Below the pieces are notes generated by a model. It was not told the DNA's origin. It did not search any database and saw only the letters and a list, made by a program, of their open reading frames with translations. A stretch of DNA of 58,158 nucleotides, filler included, from Basidiobolus meristosporus CBS 931.73 (Eukaryota > Fungi > Basidiobolomycota): NCBI GenBank assembly GCA_002104905.1. It is 3 parts of 3 records of this genome, joined end to end, with 100 filler letters (N's around TTAATTAATTAA, not from the genome) between each part and the next. Parts side by side here need not be neighbours in the genome. Positions count along the whole stretch, not along the records: positions 20,004 to 39,357 come from MCFE01001032.1; positions 39,458 to 58,158 come from MCFE01001050.1; 1 more part is not named here. One strand, written 5' to 3'. Positions 36,058 through 48,390 of this stretch are shown here, piece by piece. Every line of letters begins with the position of its first letter. The first letter of the stretch is position 1. The position numbers were made by a program, and so were the translations under genes.

Positions 36058-37129
36058 TGTGGTGGTGTATAGGTCCAAGGGAGAGATACGTCCAACACTT
36101 CTCAAGTGTTTTGTGTGTGGGGTGTTCACTGGGTGCAGTAACCTCTGGCAAAAGCTTGCTAGGAATACTTGGGTTCTGTCTCTAATCTAATGTGAAGGGG
36201 AATTAAGCCACAAGCTTGTCAAGGGAAAACTATTGAGCTACAATCCCCAACTTAGTTGGCGTCTTAACAAAAGTATGTGCTGGGTTCAGCGTCCTTTGAG
36301 ATGACAATGTACTAAAGCTTCCAAAGTCAAAACAACTGTAAACTCCACCAGCAGGGACTTGATAAGAATGCAGCTTTGGTCAATAGTTACAAAGACAGAA
36401 AAGTATCTTTGCCTGTACAAGAACAAACTTGGGAAAGAATCAAATATAATAAAAGATACCTACTCTGAGTATTCCTCACAAGTAGTGCCTCCAAGGTCAG
36501 TTGGCTGTCAGCGCGGTTTCCTGGGAGTGTCCTGTGGTCTAGGGTTGGAAGTTCAGGTAGCAGCAGGTAGCAGTGATCACACTAATCAACAAGTTGGTAT
36601 ATTGATAAAAGGGATGATGATTTATTGTTGAGGGATAGCCTCCCTTATATACTTTTCTTCACTGGCTAAGTGATTACTAATCATGATGTTCCAGAAGGTT
36701 CCGGAGTTCAATAGAAATCTTAATGACATCAGAATGACCTAAGAATGTTCTAAGTAGGTGCCGGAAGGTTCTAAGAGGCACAGCACATCAAACCAATCAG
36801 GAATCAGTATTCTGAAACCTGTGTAACATGGGGATACCATATATGGTATGGAAATGGTAGGGATGGTGACACGGGTTGATCATGTGTCACGGGTACTGGC
36901 GCGGGTACTTGCCTAATATAGGAGCACTTGTAACTAGTAATCTTACATAAAGTGAGGGGTAACTTATGCAATAAGGTAAGCAGGTGTGATAGTCAACCGG
37001 CTTATGGGATAGTACTGATTGGGTAAGACAAATGGGATAAAACTAAAATGAGTGTAGTAGGGATATAGGGAAGTAGAAAATAAGGGAATGAGCACATCTG
37101 TTAGTGGGTGTCACTGTCACCCCACTACA
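36058..37129 (-). repeat. 3' LTR of Ty3 family B (1072 bp)
   Basis: Close match to 20330-21400. PPT (minus-strand GAGAGGGGGGTGGA) lies at 37130-37143. The outer flank is GCGG. Confidence 0.9.
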
Positions 37130-37168
37130 TCCACCCCCCTCTCAGCTTTGAACTTGGGTCAAAGCAAA

Positions 37169-39357
37169 CTAATCTTGATGTGCAAAATTCCTATGCTTGA
37201 ATAACTTAAGTCGATTTCCAGCAACTGGTGCTCTCAACTGGGTGTTGTCAAGCTCAGATATGTAATAACTTCCATTTCCAATCACTTTGGAAATGAGGTA
37301 GGGGCCAGTCCATTTGTTGTCAAACTTCCAACTCCATTGCTTGTCCAAGGTAGAATCATAGAGTAATACTGGGTCTCCTAGTGATAGTGGTTTTGGCCTT
37401 GTTGGGTGTGATTTGTCAAAGGGCACCTTGTTCTTTAGTCATGTGTCCTTAAGTTGTTCAGCAGCTCTGCTAATATTCAAGTCATGGTGATCAAGTTGCT
37501 GTATGCAAGTTGCAAGGAGGTCTTCAGTCTGCATATCGGATCTCCAATTCAATGAGTTCCAAGTGACTGTGTTTAACTCAACTGGTAGTATGCAGTCATG
37601 TCCATAGAGTAGCTTGAATGGCGATAATCCAGTCGTTCTCTTGGTAGTAATTCTATCTGCCCACAGTGCAAGATGTAATTGCTGTGGCCACAGTGTTGTG
37701 TTATTCTCACAGGCCTTGACAAGAGAGTTCACCAATGGTCCATGTCCTCTCTCTATCATTCCATTGGCTTGAGGGTGGTAAGCTGTTGTGAAAGCTATGT
37801 GTATCTTGTACTTTGAGCACAACTCCTGGATCATTTGGGATGTCATCTCTCCTATGTCAGCAACAAACTGTCGGATGCAGCCAAATCTGCAGATGATGTC
37901 TTCAAGTATAAATCTCCATATGGTATGGCTCTTGTTGTTGGGCAAGGCTCGAGCCTCTGCCCATCCACTAAGGTCATCTCTAGCAACAATCAGGTACTTT
38001 TTTGATCCAGCTGTTGGCATGTGGACAAGGTCAATACCAACCTTTTGCCATAGACAGATTGTGTAAGTAGGATGCAGTGGTTCCTCATAACGCTTGGAGG
38101 ATCTCTTCTGGCAGGCTACACATGACTCAACAAAGTGCTGGACATCATAGTACATGTTTTCCCAGTAGTACCTCTGAGCTGTGGTATTGTATGTGGCTTC
38201 TTGTCCTCTATGTCCTCCTGGTTCTCCTTGGTGGATACTTGTCATGATGTTCAGTTGCTCTTGAGGGGTGGTGACTACTCTTCTTGGCATAAGTCCAGGC
38301 TTCACTCGCTTAAAGAGAAGATCATCTTTAAGATAGTAGTGGTGTGCCTTCTTCCTGAGTTTTCTAAACTCCTGAATATCCATCCAACTAGGTTTCTTAA
38401 GTGTCCTTAGATATTCCTTGATCAGACTCCAGGTAGTTCTCTCTTGGTCTTTGATGGCAATCTGTCGGATCTCTGCATCAATAATATCATCAAAGTGAGG
38501 GTCCAAGTCTTCAAATAATTGTGGTCCCTTCCTGGAGAGTGCATCAGCCACAACATTTGTCTTGCCAGGGATATGTTTGACCTCAAAGTCAAACATTTTC
38601 AGCCATGCCATCCATCAGTTTGTGGCATCATCAGGTAGGTCAGGCTTGTTGATCATTCCTATAAGTGGCTTGGCATCTGTCTCCAGGATAAAATGTGTCA
38701 TGTAGAGTTGTGACTTCAGTTTCCTCAGCATCTTCACAACTCCTAGTAGTTCTCTCTTAATCTGTGAGTATCTTTGTTCTCTAGGAGAGAATAGGCAGCT
38801 CTCATATCTGCAGGCATAGCGGTTGCCATCTTCATCATCTTGTCCAAGTAGTGCTCCAGCTCCTATGGGGCTTGCATCCACTGTCAAAATAGGTGGGCAT
38901 TCAGTGTTTTGATAGTCAAGAGGTCTTAGAACTGGTGGAGATACTAAGGCCGCTTTCAGTAATTGCATGGCTTCTTCTTGCTCTTCTCCCCAGATGAATG
39001 GGGTGTTCTTTCTCTGTAGTCGGTAAATTGGTTCTGCTATCTTGGAAAATCTTGGGATCCAGATCCTAAAGAACCCACAAGCTGCCACAAAGCCACGAGC
39101 TTGCGTTAGATTTGTGGGGGTAGGCCAGTTGCATATCTTTTGTGTCTTGGAGTCTCCAGGTGAGCGACCAAAGGTGTTGCATTTTTGTCCAACAATGGAT
39201 ATCTCTGATACACCAAAGCTGCTTTTCTCACCACTGATGGTGAGTCCAGCTTCTTCAATGGCTCCTAATATGGCATCATTGTCTGCAATATGGTCATAGA
39301 CAAACTTTCTTACTCCAGGCATAACTTCAGTGGTGTCCCGGAATTTTGATCCTTTGA
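37169..39357 (-). pseudogene. pol: Ty3 family B pol (RT C-terminus, RNase H, integrase): one reading frame with two in-frame TGA stops
   Basis: TVDASPIGAGALL RNase H; H...GHRG...CVAC, GIDLVHM and YHPQANGMIER integrase; WTGPY C-terminal motif. Stops at 38615-38617 and 37439-37441 separate in-frame ORFs. Confidence 0.9.
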
Positions 39358-39457
39358 NNNNNNNNNNNNNNNNNNNNNNNNNNNNNNNNNNNNNNNNNNN
39401 NTTAATTAATTAANNNNNNNNNNNNNNNNNNNNNNNNNNNNNNNNNNNNNNNNNNNN
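39358..39457. other. Assembly gap spacer with a six-frame stop linker
   Basis: N44 + TTAATTAATTAA (39402-39413) + N44. Confidence 0.97.
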
Positions 39458-41104
39458 TAGCACACCATCACCTTAAGGCCGGCATACCATGGGACCATCA
39501 GGAACTCAAGGCCAAGGCAAATGCACTTGACTTGCTCCTTGAGCATTATCCAGGATTTAAGTGGGCAAACAGATTTTGGGCCAGCATAAGTATGCTAAGA
39601 AAGTATCTTAAGAATAGCAGAAGCTATCAAAAGCCAAAGAAAAAGGGTGCCATGGCTAAAAACCAGGGCTTCCTCAAGAGCCTGTTCACAAGCAGGGCCA
39701 AAAGCTCTAGACAAGCATCAAAGAGATGTCAGGTAGCTGGAAGAGTGCTCATTAGGGACAAACAGGCAGACACATATGCATTAGCACAACATGTATCAAG
39801 GAAAAAGTATAGTACAACTCAAGAAGCACCAGTCAAAGTAGCAGTGCAGGACCTGGCAGTGATAAAAACCAGCCGCTTTTTCAGGAGCCCATCACAACTA
39901 CAATTGAGAGCTCAAAACAAGCAGAAAAGAAACATCTAGGTTGCCAGAAGAGTATCAGCAATGGACAAGCAGGCCAAAACAGATGCATCAGAGCAGAATT
40001 TATCAAGGAGAAAACCTAGTTCACTACAAGAAGCACTCAGACAAAGTAGCAGTGAAAAACCTGGCAGTGATAAAGGACAAGGTAAAGGAAAAATGTCTAC
40101 CCAAGCCTGAGACAGGGAGGCATGCAAAAAAACTGCAGTTCTTGCCAATTAATGCCACAAGCCTGGAACAGACTGAATCCCCATCATAGCCAAGAAGAAT
40201 TACCAACAAGAAAACAGCTATTTCCACAGGAGTTGGAAGCTCAGCCAGTTGTAGCTACACTGCAGTAAGGTAGATGAGTTTGCAGAAAAAAGCAATTTGT
40301 CTACCACAGCCTCCACATCCTCCATTGTTGACAGAGTGGAGATCTCACTGACAGACATGGCTACAATGTCAAGAACTCAAAAGACTATCACAATACCTTC
40401 AGCAGAATTTTAGAATATTAATAGGCACACCACAAGGTTGCAGCACTTCTTTGAGAGCAGTGCACAAGAAAACACACTTGAGTATTGCAAGGATTTATTG
40501 CAAAGACTGGCAGATGAGGCACTAGTCCTTGCAGTGCAGCTGAAGACCAGGACATGTGGGAACTAGTGAATGAACAGTGGCATAAAGCTGTTGGGTTCCT
40601 GCCAAAGTTGTGGAACCAGAGCATTACAGCAGAAAAACTTATTCAAGTAGTGGATTTTAAAGGAGTTACTTGTTGAGTGTAGGGTTGGGCTCAATGTTAA
40701 TGTAGGGTATAGGGACTTATATAGGTCAGTACAATTAGCAATTGAGGTACAACTGAAGTTTCAATGAAATAAGTCAACTTTTATGCATGAAAAGTAAGAG
40801 AAACAGTTGAGTCAGGAATTAAGGAATGTGAAAAAGAGGCAATAGCCAATCAATGCACACAAATGTAGGAAGTAATAAAGTGTCCAGGATCAGAAAGTGA
40901 GCAAATTGGCAGGGAACCAATCAAAAGCCACTTGTACACTGATATGATGAAAAATTCTGACTAAGTTTTTTGTGAAATCTGGGGTGCAACAATTGTTCAA
41001 TGGTCTCTAGATGGTGTCCTGATGGAATCAGTACCTCTTAGTCACAGGACTTTAAGTCTGTGACAGCCTTTTGAATGGGACTATTACAATAATTTTTCAT
41101 TGGG
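39458..41104 (+). mobile_element. Family C (CACTA accessory ORF 3' part, 3' region and terminus)
   Basis: Colinear with 13860-15000. It ends in AATAATTTTTCATTGGG, abutting Copia sequence. Confidence 0.75.
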
Positions 41105-43672
41105 TATTGCTTTGGGTATCAGAGATCAGAATCTGTATAAGTTAACTAATATTCCATCATATCTGGAAGCCTTTATAAGTAACTTAAATGAAGAAACACC
41201 AAGGCTCTGGCACAGGAGTATTGGATACATCAACTCTGATTATTTGCGCAAAATGATCAAAGATCTGCTGATATCTGGAGTAAATATTGATCCCCCAGCT
41301 AATTTGGAGTACTGCAAAGTCTATATATAATGGAAAACAAGCCAGACAACTGTTCAAGAGCTCTGATTTAATCAAAACTAAGAAGAAATTAGATATAATT
41401 CACTCAGATCTGTGTGGATCTATGTGAAATCTATACTTAGGTGGAATGAAGTATTTAATCAATTTTATTGGATGATTATATAAGATACACATGGGTCTAC
41501 TTCACGGTGAGAAAGGAAGAAGCCCTGTCTAAGTTCAGGGAGTTTAAAGCCATGATGGAGAGAGAAACTGGTAAAAAAATGAACAAAATATGCTCAGACA
41601 ATGGTGGAAAATATACTTCAAAACTCTTCATCCACTTCTGCAAAATTCATGGAATAAAGCATGAGACTACAGTACCATACTCTGTTGTGTTGTATTATGA
41701 TTAGTTTGAGGCTTGTTGTGCAATGAAGAGGCTAGTTGACAATATACAACAACTTCCAGTATTCTAACACTGAAATAGTTTATTGGGAGTTTGATATAAC
41801 AATAGGAGATATAACTTTCACTAAGATCCTCAATCTTAGGCTCAAAATATACTATAAAGAGTGATTCTCACTTCTACAGCAGTGTTCTGGCCTTCTGTCA
41901 ACTATTGAGCTTATTTACTTTTATAGTGACTTTTCCTTATTTCAAAGTCACTTTCCTTTCTGTGAAAATATTTCCTAAAATGAAAATCAGAACACCCCTT
42001 TTACCTAAAGGGTATGTTGTAGAAGTCTCTAAAGGGTGACTCTAGAGTAAAGGGCTTCTTGTAGTGGTCTCTAAAGTGGACTTCACACTAAAGGGGTGCC
42101 TAAAGGGGCTTCTTTACAGTAAAGAGGCTTCTTAAAGGGGTCTCTAAAGGGGTCTATAGACTAAATGGGTGTCTTTAGTGTTAAAGGGTTTCTTAGAGGG
42201 GACTTTACCAACAGAAAAGTGGTAGTTTTCTTGTAGAACTTAGATTGGATTCTTGTGAGCTTTGCAGTCTCTTTACTGATGCAGTACCAATCAAAGTCAG
42301 AATACTCAACAGTGCAAGTGTGGTGGGGGAAGTATTATAATCTTTAAACTTGTAATTGTAGTGTGGAGAATCCAGAAAGAGAGGCTCCTTTATTTTTCAG
42401 CTGGGGAAGTCATGTATTTGAAATTTCTGAAGAATCAAGATTAATGGGCAATTGCACATGCAATACATTTGATACAAAGCTAAACTTTTGTAGTGGCGTT
42501 GATCAGATATAAGCGCAGCACCTGTGAAAATATCATGTGATTTGATTGGCTGGCTTGAAAGTTGAATGCAATCAAAATCACCATGGTAATCCTAGCAATA
42601 GAGGCCTAGTGTATATAATAATTGGACTCTTTTAGTCATAACTCCTTAAGTGCTGCTTCAAATGAGCTGTAATTTGAAACATGTGTTTTTTACTGCATGT
42701 TCTGAATGATATAATTTTCTTGGGTGGATTGCTTGTCAGGGTTAGGAGTATTTGTCCTTCAATATTGGAATTTCTTGATCTTTCACTTGTGTGTTACAAT
42801 AGCAAAAGCAAAATAAAGAATTGAGCGCAATATTGGTTTTGAGGTATTGTAGTAGTGGGGTACTTTCCATTACCACAACTCCCAACAGCAAAATGGAGTA
42901 GCAAAATGTGCAAATAGGTCAATAATGATATGGAGAGACCTATGACCCATGATCAAAAATTTTCCTATGATATTTAGGCAGAATCAGTTGCCACAGCAGT
43001 ATACCTTAAGAATAGGAGCTATAATTGAATACTTTGTGATTCTACTCCACTAGGGGTATAGTATAGATATAGACCAAGTTCACAGCATCTAAGAATAATG
43101 TGGTGTACAGCATATGCCAAGAAACTGCCCAGAAATCAGTCAAATTTGAGCCAAATAGTGTAAATGCATATTTTTGGGCTACTGCAATGAGAGTAAAGCA
43201 TACAGACTCTACAATACCAAAGCAAAGAAGCTAATCAAGTCCAGGGGTGTGTAGTTTGATGAAAGTTCAAATTTCTACAAAAAATGACATCAGATGATGA
43301 CAAATTTGATCTCAAATCCACCAATGGTCAGGATTGAATTAGAGCAAAGCAGTAAAAACTTTTCACTCCAGAGGACTCCACAACCATGGTTCAGCCTGAA
43401 TCAGTGCCCAGGAGTATCTCAGAAGTGATCATTCCAGTATCAAATGCTTGGAGATTCAACTGGACAAGAAATATCCCAAGTTAATATATCAATGAAGGTA
43501 CAAACTTAGCATATGCCTATTTAGTCCATATCAAATAACCCAGGCTGTAAAAGAGGACCTAAATAGCCCACAGGCAAAGTTTTGGAGATCTGTAACAACT
43601 GAGGAACATGAGGCCCTGATGGAAATCAAAATTGGGATTTAGTCAGATTACTGATTAACCAAAAATCAATTG
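41105..43672 (+). mobile_element. Decayed Copia pol fragment (pre-integrase, integrase, start of RT)
   Basis: LWHRSIGYIN, IHSDLCG, DDYIRYTWVYF and SDNGGKY motifs; colinear with 50587-51960 once LTR-G is removed. Confidence 0.85.
41683..42877. mobile_element. Solo LTR family G (1195 bp), 4-bp TSD ACTC
   Basis: TGTTGTG...TACCACA termini with ACTC at 41679-41682 and 42878-42881. Removal restores the integrase sequence TTVPYS-QQQNGVA. Confidence 0.9.
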
Positions 43673-44066
43673 ATATGATAGCATTAATCAAGGCTAGCTG
43701 TAGGCCACCATACTGCCGTAATAATGCCATTAGAGTCTTGCTGTGAGGCCATTGAAATGCTATCAAATTTCTTGCCAAATAAGGCAATTGGATGTCCTGA
43801 CCAGTTGGATCCATTTAAAATAGTTGTAGAGTGCAAAAAGACCGCAACAATGCCTTGCAATTATTGTCACCACACCAATCAAATCTTGTCAAGTTTAATA
43901 GCTTCATTTGGCAGAAAAATTAGCAAAATGCTGTTGCAATCCCATCATACAATTGTTTAAAGGGCCACTAATTTCAAGCTGCTGGTATTATAATGGTCTC
44001 TTAACAGGATCCTGATGGCTGATCTGGATTGGATCCACCTGTGGGACCAATTTATTCTTCATAGGG
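43668..44066 (+). mobile_element. CACTA right-end fragment
   Basis: Matches 2680-3076 and 30120-30516; ends in TTATTCTTCATAGGG. Confidence 0.85.
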
Positions 44067-46170
44067 GATAGTAGTTTCTTGGCTATATCTGGTACATAGT
44101 GTACTTCTTTAAAGGTCATTGTATGGCCTCCTTTACTGCTTCTAAGGTTCACATAGATAGTTACTTCTCCCACTGCATCAAGTGTTCCATTGTTACCCAT
44201 GAAAACCTTCTCAACTGGAGTTTATTGAATATTGGGTGGAAAGTTCTCAACTGGAATTTATTGAATATTGGGTGGAAAGTTCTTTTTGGTGTACAAAGTG
44301 TAGAGATGCTCCACAGTCAATATTACACATTTGAGAATTGTTGTTTGTGGTCATATTTAGTGCAGATATGAAAAGTCTATCTTCAGTTGTTGCGGCATTT
44401 CTATATTCAGGCTTTTTCTGCTGACTATCTCTTTTTTTGAAGCACTGGTCTGATGTGTGTCCTTTCCTTTTGCTGTAGTTGCACAACAGGTTACCATTAC
44501 CTTAAAAAGGTCTTGGGTATCTACTCTGTTGATTATCATTGCTTATTAAAGCATTTTCTTCTTTGTTCTTATTGACATTGGATTTTCTTAATTCTTGATG
44601 CAGGAGCCTTATATATATGTAATTTAAGGTCAAATATTCAGTTCTTTACTCTAGGGCTGATACAAGGCCCTGAAAATCATCTTTCTGGCTATTCAGGATG
44701 GTCACTATCACAGTTGCATTGGCAGCTGGTGTGCCCACAGATTCCATCTCATCCACCATCAGGGTAACTATGTTAATTAGATTTTCATTTCTTCTCCTGG
44801 AAGCATCTTAATAGTAAAGAATTTTTGTCCAAGATACATTTTCTTGGCAGCTGAATATGACTGGTAGGTGTCTTCTAATACCTTCTAGGCATTCTTTGCC
44901 ATTTTTGCTCTTGAGCATTGAATTAGCAATGTGTCATTGACATCAAGGCCAATGCAGTTAAAGGCACTTTGTTCTTTCTTCTGGTACTTTGAGGATTCCA
45001 CTCTGACATTTTTAGGGGGGCATTCTTCTCCCATGGCAAGATCCCAAGGGCCTCTTCCTTATAGCAGCATCTTCACCTTCACCTTCCATACTTGGTAGTT
45101 AGATCCATCCAACTGTTCAGCTGAGGGACAAATTCTAGAAATAGCAGTAGCAGACACTGCAGAGAGTGACAACTTTGGGCTCATAATCTGCAGTAAGAGT
45201 CTAGGAGATACTTGAAATGATTGGGAGAACAAGTACATTATGGGTTGTCTACTTGATGATTTATTGAATGTAAAAGTATTATTTATACATTTATATTGCC
45301 TTAGCATAGCAAGCACATTATGTTTGACTTGTTCCATTGGATAGTACCACATTGAGCCACAAGTGCCAAATGATGCCATAGTATGCCAGGGAGGTCAAGT
45401 AAGCCTATACTTGGCCATAGAGTGTGAAACATAGCTCTGCATTTTCATGCAAAGCGGCCCCTGTGATTCACCAATTGTACTGGAGAAATCCATTTTTTGA
45501 CCTTTTTTTTGGATTAATATTGTGCAGGATGTGTAAGAGCACAGAAGGACTGAAGACATGCATCTAGTACTCAATACCCATGGCACTCTAAGTCAAGCTC
45601 CTGTAGCTAGTATCATGTCACAAAAATGAATGGCACTATCTTGGTCCACTGGTACTATCAGGCACTATATTTAAATATAGGCCCTAAAGTAAGACCTATA
45701 CAAAGCACTTATAGTGCCAGATAGTACTAGTGGACCAAGATAGTGCCATTCATTTTTGTGACATGATACTAGCTACAGGAGCTTGACTTAGAGTGCCATG
45801 GGTATTTAGTACTAGATGCATGTCTTCAGTCCTTCTGTGCTCTTACACATCCTGCACAATATTAATCCAAAAAAAAGGTCAAAAAATGGATTTCTCCAGT
45901 ACAACAGGTGAAACACAGGGGCCGCTTTGCATGAAGATGCAGAGCTATGTTTCACACTCTGTGGCCAAGTATAGGCTCACTTGGCCTCCCTGGCACACTA
46001 TGGCATCATTTTGCACTCATGGCTCAATGTGGTACTTTACAACAGAACAAGTCTATTGGCTCAGGAAGATCCCAGGAACAGGAGTGCAAAGTTTGGGCCT
46101 GTTTGAACTACTTTGAGAATTTTCATGTTTTGGGTACCTGACATTTTGGTGAAAACATTCTTGGAATTAC
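44067..46170 (-). mobile_element. Copia 5' fragment (protease region, gag, PBS, LTR split by a MITE)
   Basis: Reverse complement of roughly 49190-50500. PBS GATTATGAGCCC at 45177-45188. Contains a 36-nt tandem duplication at 44208-44283. Confidence 0.85.
45325..46054. mobile_element. Foldback PHIS MITE (~730 bp)
   Basis: GACTTGTTCC...GAACAAGTCT termini; the two arms are long imperfect inverted repeats around a ~45-nt spacer. It is an inverted copy of 47657-48390. Confidence 0.9.
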
Positions 46171-47460
46171 CAATTCTTGCAACACAAAGATGCTGCCAGG
46201 AAAAGAAATGAAAAATCTAATTAACAAAATTACCTTACTTGTGGATGAGATGGAATCTGTGGGTGTACAAACTACTGATCAGGATGTGATAGTTTCCACC
46301 CTGAGTAGCCTGTCAGACAGGTTTCAGGGTCTGGTATGAGCTCTAGAGTCCCAAACTGAGGATTTGCCCCTAGTGTATATAGATTAAAGGCTCTTGGAAG
46401 AAGAATTAAAAAAGATTTAGTGACAACAATAAGTAAATCAAAAATGCTTTAATAAGCAATGACAATGAAAAAAGTTGGTATTCAAGACCCTTTTAAGGTT
46501 ATAGCAACCTGTCTTGCAACTACTGCTCAAGGAGAGGACACACATCAGACTGGTGCCTCAAAATGAGATATAGTTGGCAGAAAAAGCCATCCCTATGAAA
46601 AATCTCAAACTTGGAACTCATCTGATGTTTGTTGCTATTGTGCTTATATGGTGCTAGTATTCTGATGGTACTTTGCTGGCAATTGGCTGGCATTTTTGGT
46701 TCAAAAGTTCAAATGCAATTATTCATGGAAGTAATGGGCAGCTTTTTACAAAGTTTGATATGGAAACTAGTTGGCCTAGTCTCCTCCTGGAGAATTGATT
46801 TGCTTGCCTGCCCATCAGCTGATAACAGAGATACTGAGATGTTTTCAATCTCAGGAAACTTGGAATTCAACTGATATTATGATGGTATTTTGCTTGCCTT
46901 TTCTTAATTTTTTTCTTAGAGCTAAATATACAAATGCTACAGAAACTAAAGATAGATTAATCATATCTGAGCTAAATATGACAGTGAACTGGGATTCTCA
47001 GAAGTGGTATACTGACTCTGGAGCGTATCAACAGCTTACACATCAAAAAGCACCTTTTACCCAACATCAGGAAATTCCAATTCAGAAGGTTTTCATGGAT
47101 GAAAAGAAATATGCCAGAAATAGTCAAGAGCCTACTATCTGAAAGCATGATCATGGCAGCTTTGACAATTCTGGATGTAAGATCCATCATCAAAATGGTG
47201 TGCATAATGCTTCATGTATCAGAGTTCAGAATGTATCTGGATTGACTAATTTTCATATTATCTAGAAGCCAACATAAATAACTAGAGAAAGGAAGCACTA
47301 ATGCTTTGGAGCAGGAGACTTGGACACACCAATTTTGATTATTTGCGCAAAAGGATCAGATATCAGCCAACCTCCAGATTTGAATTTGATTCTACAGCTA
47401 ATTTGGAGAACTGTGAAGCCAATATATATGGGGAAAAAGCAAGATAACTATTCAAGAGCT
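46171..47460 (+). mobile_element. Decayed Copia gag-protease-preintegrase fragment with internal deletions
   Basis: Matches 49785-50840 (KMLPGKEMKNLI; WYTDSGAYQ). Confidence 0.75.
46591..46921. mobile_element. CCCTA-terminated MITE (family D), copy 2
   Basis: CCCTATGAAAAATC...TTTTTTCTTAGAG is the reverse complement of 10521-10841, inserted in Copia gag. Confidence 0.8.
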
Positions 47461-47656
47461 CTGGGTATCATGATCACATGACATCCCTGGCCTCCAATGT
47501 TTGAGCTAACTCAAGTTGGTGAAGAAGTCCCAGTTCATTCTAGAAAGTTTTACCACATTCTAGCAACTTCTGGAAAGCTCCAAGTCAACAATGCCCAATG
47601 TAACATTCTATTGCAGCACCCCTTGGGAATATATGTAGCACAATACCATATACAGT

Positions 47657-48390
47657 AGACTTGTTCCGTTGGATAGTGCCACATTGAGCCATGAGTGCCA
47701 AATAGTGCCATAGTGTGCCTGAGAGTCATAGCAGACCTAAACTTGGCCACAGATTGTGACATATAGTTCTTCATATTCATGCAAAGCAGCCCCTGTGTTT
47801 CACCTACGGTGCAGGAGAGAATCAATTTTTTTACCTTTTTTTTGGGATCAAAATTGTGCATGACATAAAAGAGCACAGACAGACTGAAGATATGCATCTG
47901 GTACATAATACCCATGGCACTCTAAATCTAGCCCCACAGGCTTGTAGCATGTCACAAAAATGCATGGCACTATCTTGGTCCACTGGTACTATCTGGCACT
48001 ATAAGTGCTTTGTATAGATATTACTTTAGGACTAATATTTAAATATAGTGCCAGATAGTACCAGTGGACCAAGATAGTGCCATTCATTTTTGTGACATGA
48101 TACAGGCTACAGGAGCTAGATTCAGAGTGCCATGGGTATTGAGTACCAGATGCATATCTTCAGTTCTCCTGTGCACTTACACATCCGGAGCAACATTGAT
48201 CCACAAAAAAAGGTCAAAAAATGGATTTTCTCCCCCACAATGGGTGAAACACAAGGGTTGCTTTGCATGAAGATGCAGAGCTATGTTTCACACTCTGTGG
48301 CCAGGTAGAGGCTTACTTGACCTCTCTGTCACACTATGGCATCATTTGGCACTCATGGCTCACTGTGGCACTATCCAACAGAACAAGTCT
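47657..48390. mobile_element. Foldback PHIS MITE (734 bp), TSD AGT
   Basis: AGT|AGACTTGTTCCGTTGGATAGTGCCAC...GTGGCACTATCCAACAGAACAAGTCT|AGT, with arms of ~340 bp. Confidence 0.92.

Noticed and set aside
37439-38617. TGA read-through or an alternative genetic code in family B pol
   Set aside because: Both stops are explained by CGA>TGA deamination, which is pervasive in this window.
20004-39357. The middle contig starts with family B gag and ends with family B pol, suggesting one circularly permuted element
   Set aside because: The outer flanks lie in different hosts (CACTA versus PHIS) and differ (CCGG versus GCGG), so these are two insertions.
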